DNA of 51,206 nucleotides, filler included, from Basidiobolus ranarum (Eukaryota): NCBI GenBank assembly GCA_040143965.1. It is 3 parts of 3 records of this genome, joined end to end, with 100 filler letters (N's around TTAATTAATTAA, not from the genome) between each part and the next. Parts side by side here need not be neighbours in the genome. Positions count along the whole stretch, not along the records: positions 34,217 to 51,206 come from JASJQH010007195.1; 2 more parts are not named here. One strand, 5' to 3'. Shown piece by piece: positions 49,175 to 51,206 of this stretch (position 1 is its first letter; each line of letters starts with the position of its first letter). The notes under the pieces were generated by a model. It saw only the letters and a program-made list of their open reading frames with translations, ran no database searches and was not told where the DNA came from. The position numbers and the translations under genes were made by a program.

Positions 49175-51206
49175 CTACGTGAGAGCTGCAGCCATTTGCT
49201 CTGGGTTAATGGTAATTGACTTGGTACAGTTGTCGGTCTTGTAGACACCTACCAAGCGATCAGCAAGTTCAAACATATTGTTTCGTAAACTGATAATCAC
49301 AAATTGGGCATTCTTAGTACGGTCCTTGATATAGTTTGCTACGATGGAGACATTTCTGAAATCCAAGGCAGCGTCAATCTCGTCCATAACATAGAGGGGA
49401 GTGGGCTTGAAATGGTGGAGCGCAAACACCAAGGCCAGCGAACTCAAGGTCTTCTCACCACCAGATAGATTGGAGATATTCTTCCAAGTTTTTTTCGGTG
49501 GCATGACACTGAAAATGATCCCTTCAGAGAAAGGATCAAGACTATCCACCAACTCCAATTCTGCATTACCACCTAATGTAATCATCTGATACATTTCTTT
49601 GAGTTTGTGCGAGATGGTGTTGAAGCCAACCATAAATTCATCCAATCTAGATTTACGAAGGTTGTCATATGTTTGTCTAGCATCATCCCTTTTCTGAGTA
49701 ACTTGTTCAAGATCAAGAACTCTGGTTCGGAAATCAGATTCAATTTCACGGTATTCATTCAAGACACTAAGATTAGGTTTGGCTTCTTGGAGCTTTGTTT
49801 CAAGAGCAACGATTTCTTCCTTTAACGAATCGCGGTCTATATCCTCAAGTTCTTCGGGGGAGTAGGTTGGGAGTTCAGCCTGTTCAGAGTCATCACTAGT
49901 GACTTCTTGGATGGCGAGTCTATCAAGTTCAGCCTTCCAGTACTTGGATTTATGAATGCTCTCGGCCTTACTACGTTCGGAATCTTCCAGTTGGTTACGC
50001 AGTTGAACCTCTTTTACACGACTTTCATTAAACATGGCAGTTCGCTCTTCAAGGAGCTTCTTCATCTCTTCCAATTCCGCTTTCTTTTCTTCCATGATCT
50101 CTCGGGCTTCATCACTTCTGGCTCGGATGCTCATGGCGGCTTCGGATTTCTCTTCAATTAGTTTGTTGAGGTTTAACAAATCCTCCTTAACCTCAATGAT
50201 TTCCGATTCGTATTTTTCTAAGGTTTTCGTGATTTTAGCTAAATCTTTTTCAGCTTTTTTCTTTTCCACTTCAGATTTGACAATGGAACTGTTGGTAATC
50301 TCGATTTGCTCTTTGATACTCTCAACCTTGGCGTTCTGGCTTCTTAAGCGAACTCCACCGACAGACAGAATTTGTTCATGAAGGCTCTTAATTTCGTCTT
50401 CATACTTGGATGCTTTAGATTTCAAAGACTCAAGTTCTTTAGTGTACTTGGCGATCTCGGCCTCCAACTTCTCCATTCTTTGGAGATCCTTTTCGTCAGG
50501 CATTACTTGTTCTTTAAGTTCTACTATCTTTTTCTTTCCTTCAGCAAATTGGTTGGTCATCGAAGTGATGTCCATCTCCAATTTAGACATCTTCAATTCT
50601 AAGGCTGGAAGTGCTTTCTTCCCCTCTTCCAATTCTTTCTCGAGTTCTTTACGATTTTCAATAAAGGTGCGGTATTCAGATGTTTTTACCTCACGTTTCT
50701 TCTCGAGTGCAATTACTGTTTCCTCGGCAACATCATCTGCCATGAATCTAGAGCTCATAGCTCCACGGTGAACTTTGTTTCCACCACCCGACATGGTACC
50801 AGATTTATCAATAAGCTGGCCATCAAGGGTAACTACTCTCCATCTTTGCTTACCGAATGCAATGCGATTGGCTTGCTCTAGATCCTTAGCAACAAGAGTA
50901 TCTCTAAGCACACTGTAGAAGGCAGGGGCGAATATGGCATCTTTAGGTTTGACCAAATCGTAAAGTCTAGGAACGTTTTCGGGGGTCTTAATAGGATTCA
51001 AGTTCATGTTGGGTAGTTGTTCTAATAATACGAAAACTGCACGCCCAAGGTTGTTTTTACGCAAAAATTCAATACAGTTCTGACCAGTTTGGACAGTATC
51101 AACTACAATGTTGTCAAGAGAGGGGCAGGCAGTAGAGATGGCAACATCATATTTGTCATCGATTACACCCAAGTTGCCAAGACGACCATGGATTCCTTTG
51201 ATGCGA
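49175..51206 (-). CDS. SMC4: Condensin subunit Smc4, C-terminal half (hinge to ATPase head); 5' part outside the window
   Basis: HGRLGNLGVIDDKYDVAISTAC (hinge), RWRVVTLDGQLID, ELELVDSLDPFSEGI, NLSGGEKTLSSLALVFALHHFKPTPLYVMDEIDAALDFRNVSIVA. Confidence 0.97.
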   Translation of the reverse strand, partial: RIKGIHGRLGNLGVIDDKYDVAISTACPSLDNIVVDTVQTGQNCIEFLRKNNLGRAVFVLLEQLPNMNLNPIKTPENVPRLYDLVKPKDAIFAPAFYSVLRDTLVAKDLEQANRIAFGKQRWRVVTLDGQLIDKSGTMSGGGNKVHRGAMSSRFMADDVAEETVIALEKKREVKTSEYRTFIENRKELEKELEEGKKALPALELKMSKLEMDITSMTNQFAEGKKKIVELKEQVMPDEKDLQRMEKLEAEIAKYTKELESLKSKASKYEDEIKSLHEQILSVGGVRLRSQNAKVESIKEQIEITNSSIVKSEVEKKKAEKDLAKITKTLEKYESEIIEVKEDLLNLNKLIEEKSEAAMSIRARSDEAREIMEEKKAELEEMKKLLEERTAMFNESRVKEVQLRNQLEDSERSKAESIHKSKYWKAELDRLAIQEVTSDDSEQAELPTYSPEELEDIDRDSLKEEIVALETKLQEAKPNLSVLNEYREIESDFRTRVLDLEQVTQKRDDARQTYDNLRKSRLDEFMVGFNTISHKLKEMYQMITLGGNAELELVDSLDPFSEGIIFSVMPPKKTWKNISNLSGGEKTLSSLALVFALHHFKPTPLYVMDEIDAALDFRNVSIVANYIKDRTKNAQFVIISLRNNMFELADRLVGVYKTDNCTKSITINPEQMAAALT

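Overview
Eukaryotic, AT-rich, intron-rich fungal DNA with two assembly gaps. Ferritin, ZZZ3 and short GT-AG introns suggest an early-diverging lineage such as Zoopagomycota or Mucoromycota (inference). Genes in order: phospholipase D (partial, in-frame TAG), PP2C pyruvate dehydrogenase phosphatase, UPS1/PRELI, RHO1, a trihelix (Myb/SANT-like) DNA-binding domain apparently spliced in frame to a degenerate glutamine-synthetase-like domain, RPL5, a Sel1-repeat protein, a head-to-head ferritin pair, a RhoGAP, a giant coiled-coil protein, a Ty3/Gypsy LTR element, CDC73, ZZZ3-like, COG3, RPAP3, ADA3, YJU2 and SMC4. The two strongest candidates for new biology are (1) the trihelix-GS fusion, whose GS domain has lost two metal ligands and may be a one-component metabolite-sensing transcription factor, and (2) the divergent ferritin pair, with one intact H-type chain and one full-length chain lacking the ferroxidase centre, resembling animal H/L ferritin. 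All gene models were spliced and translated by hand; no database searches were run.
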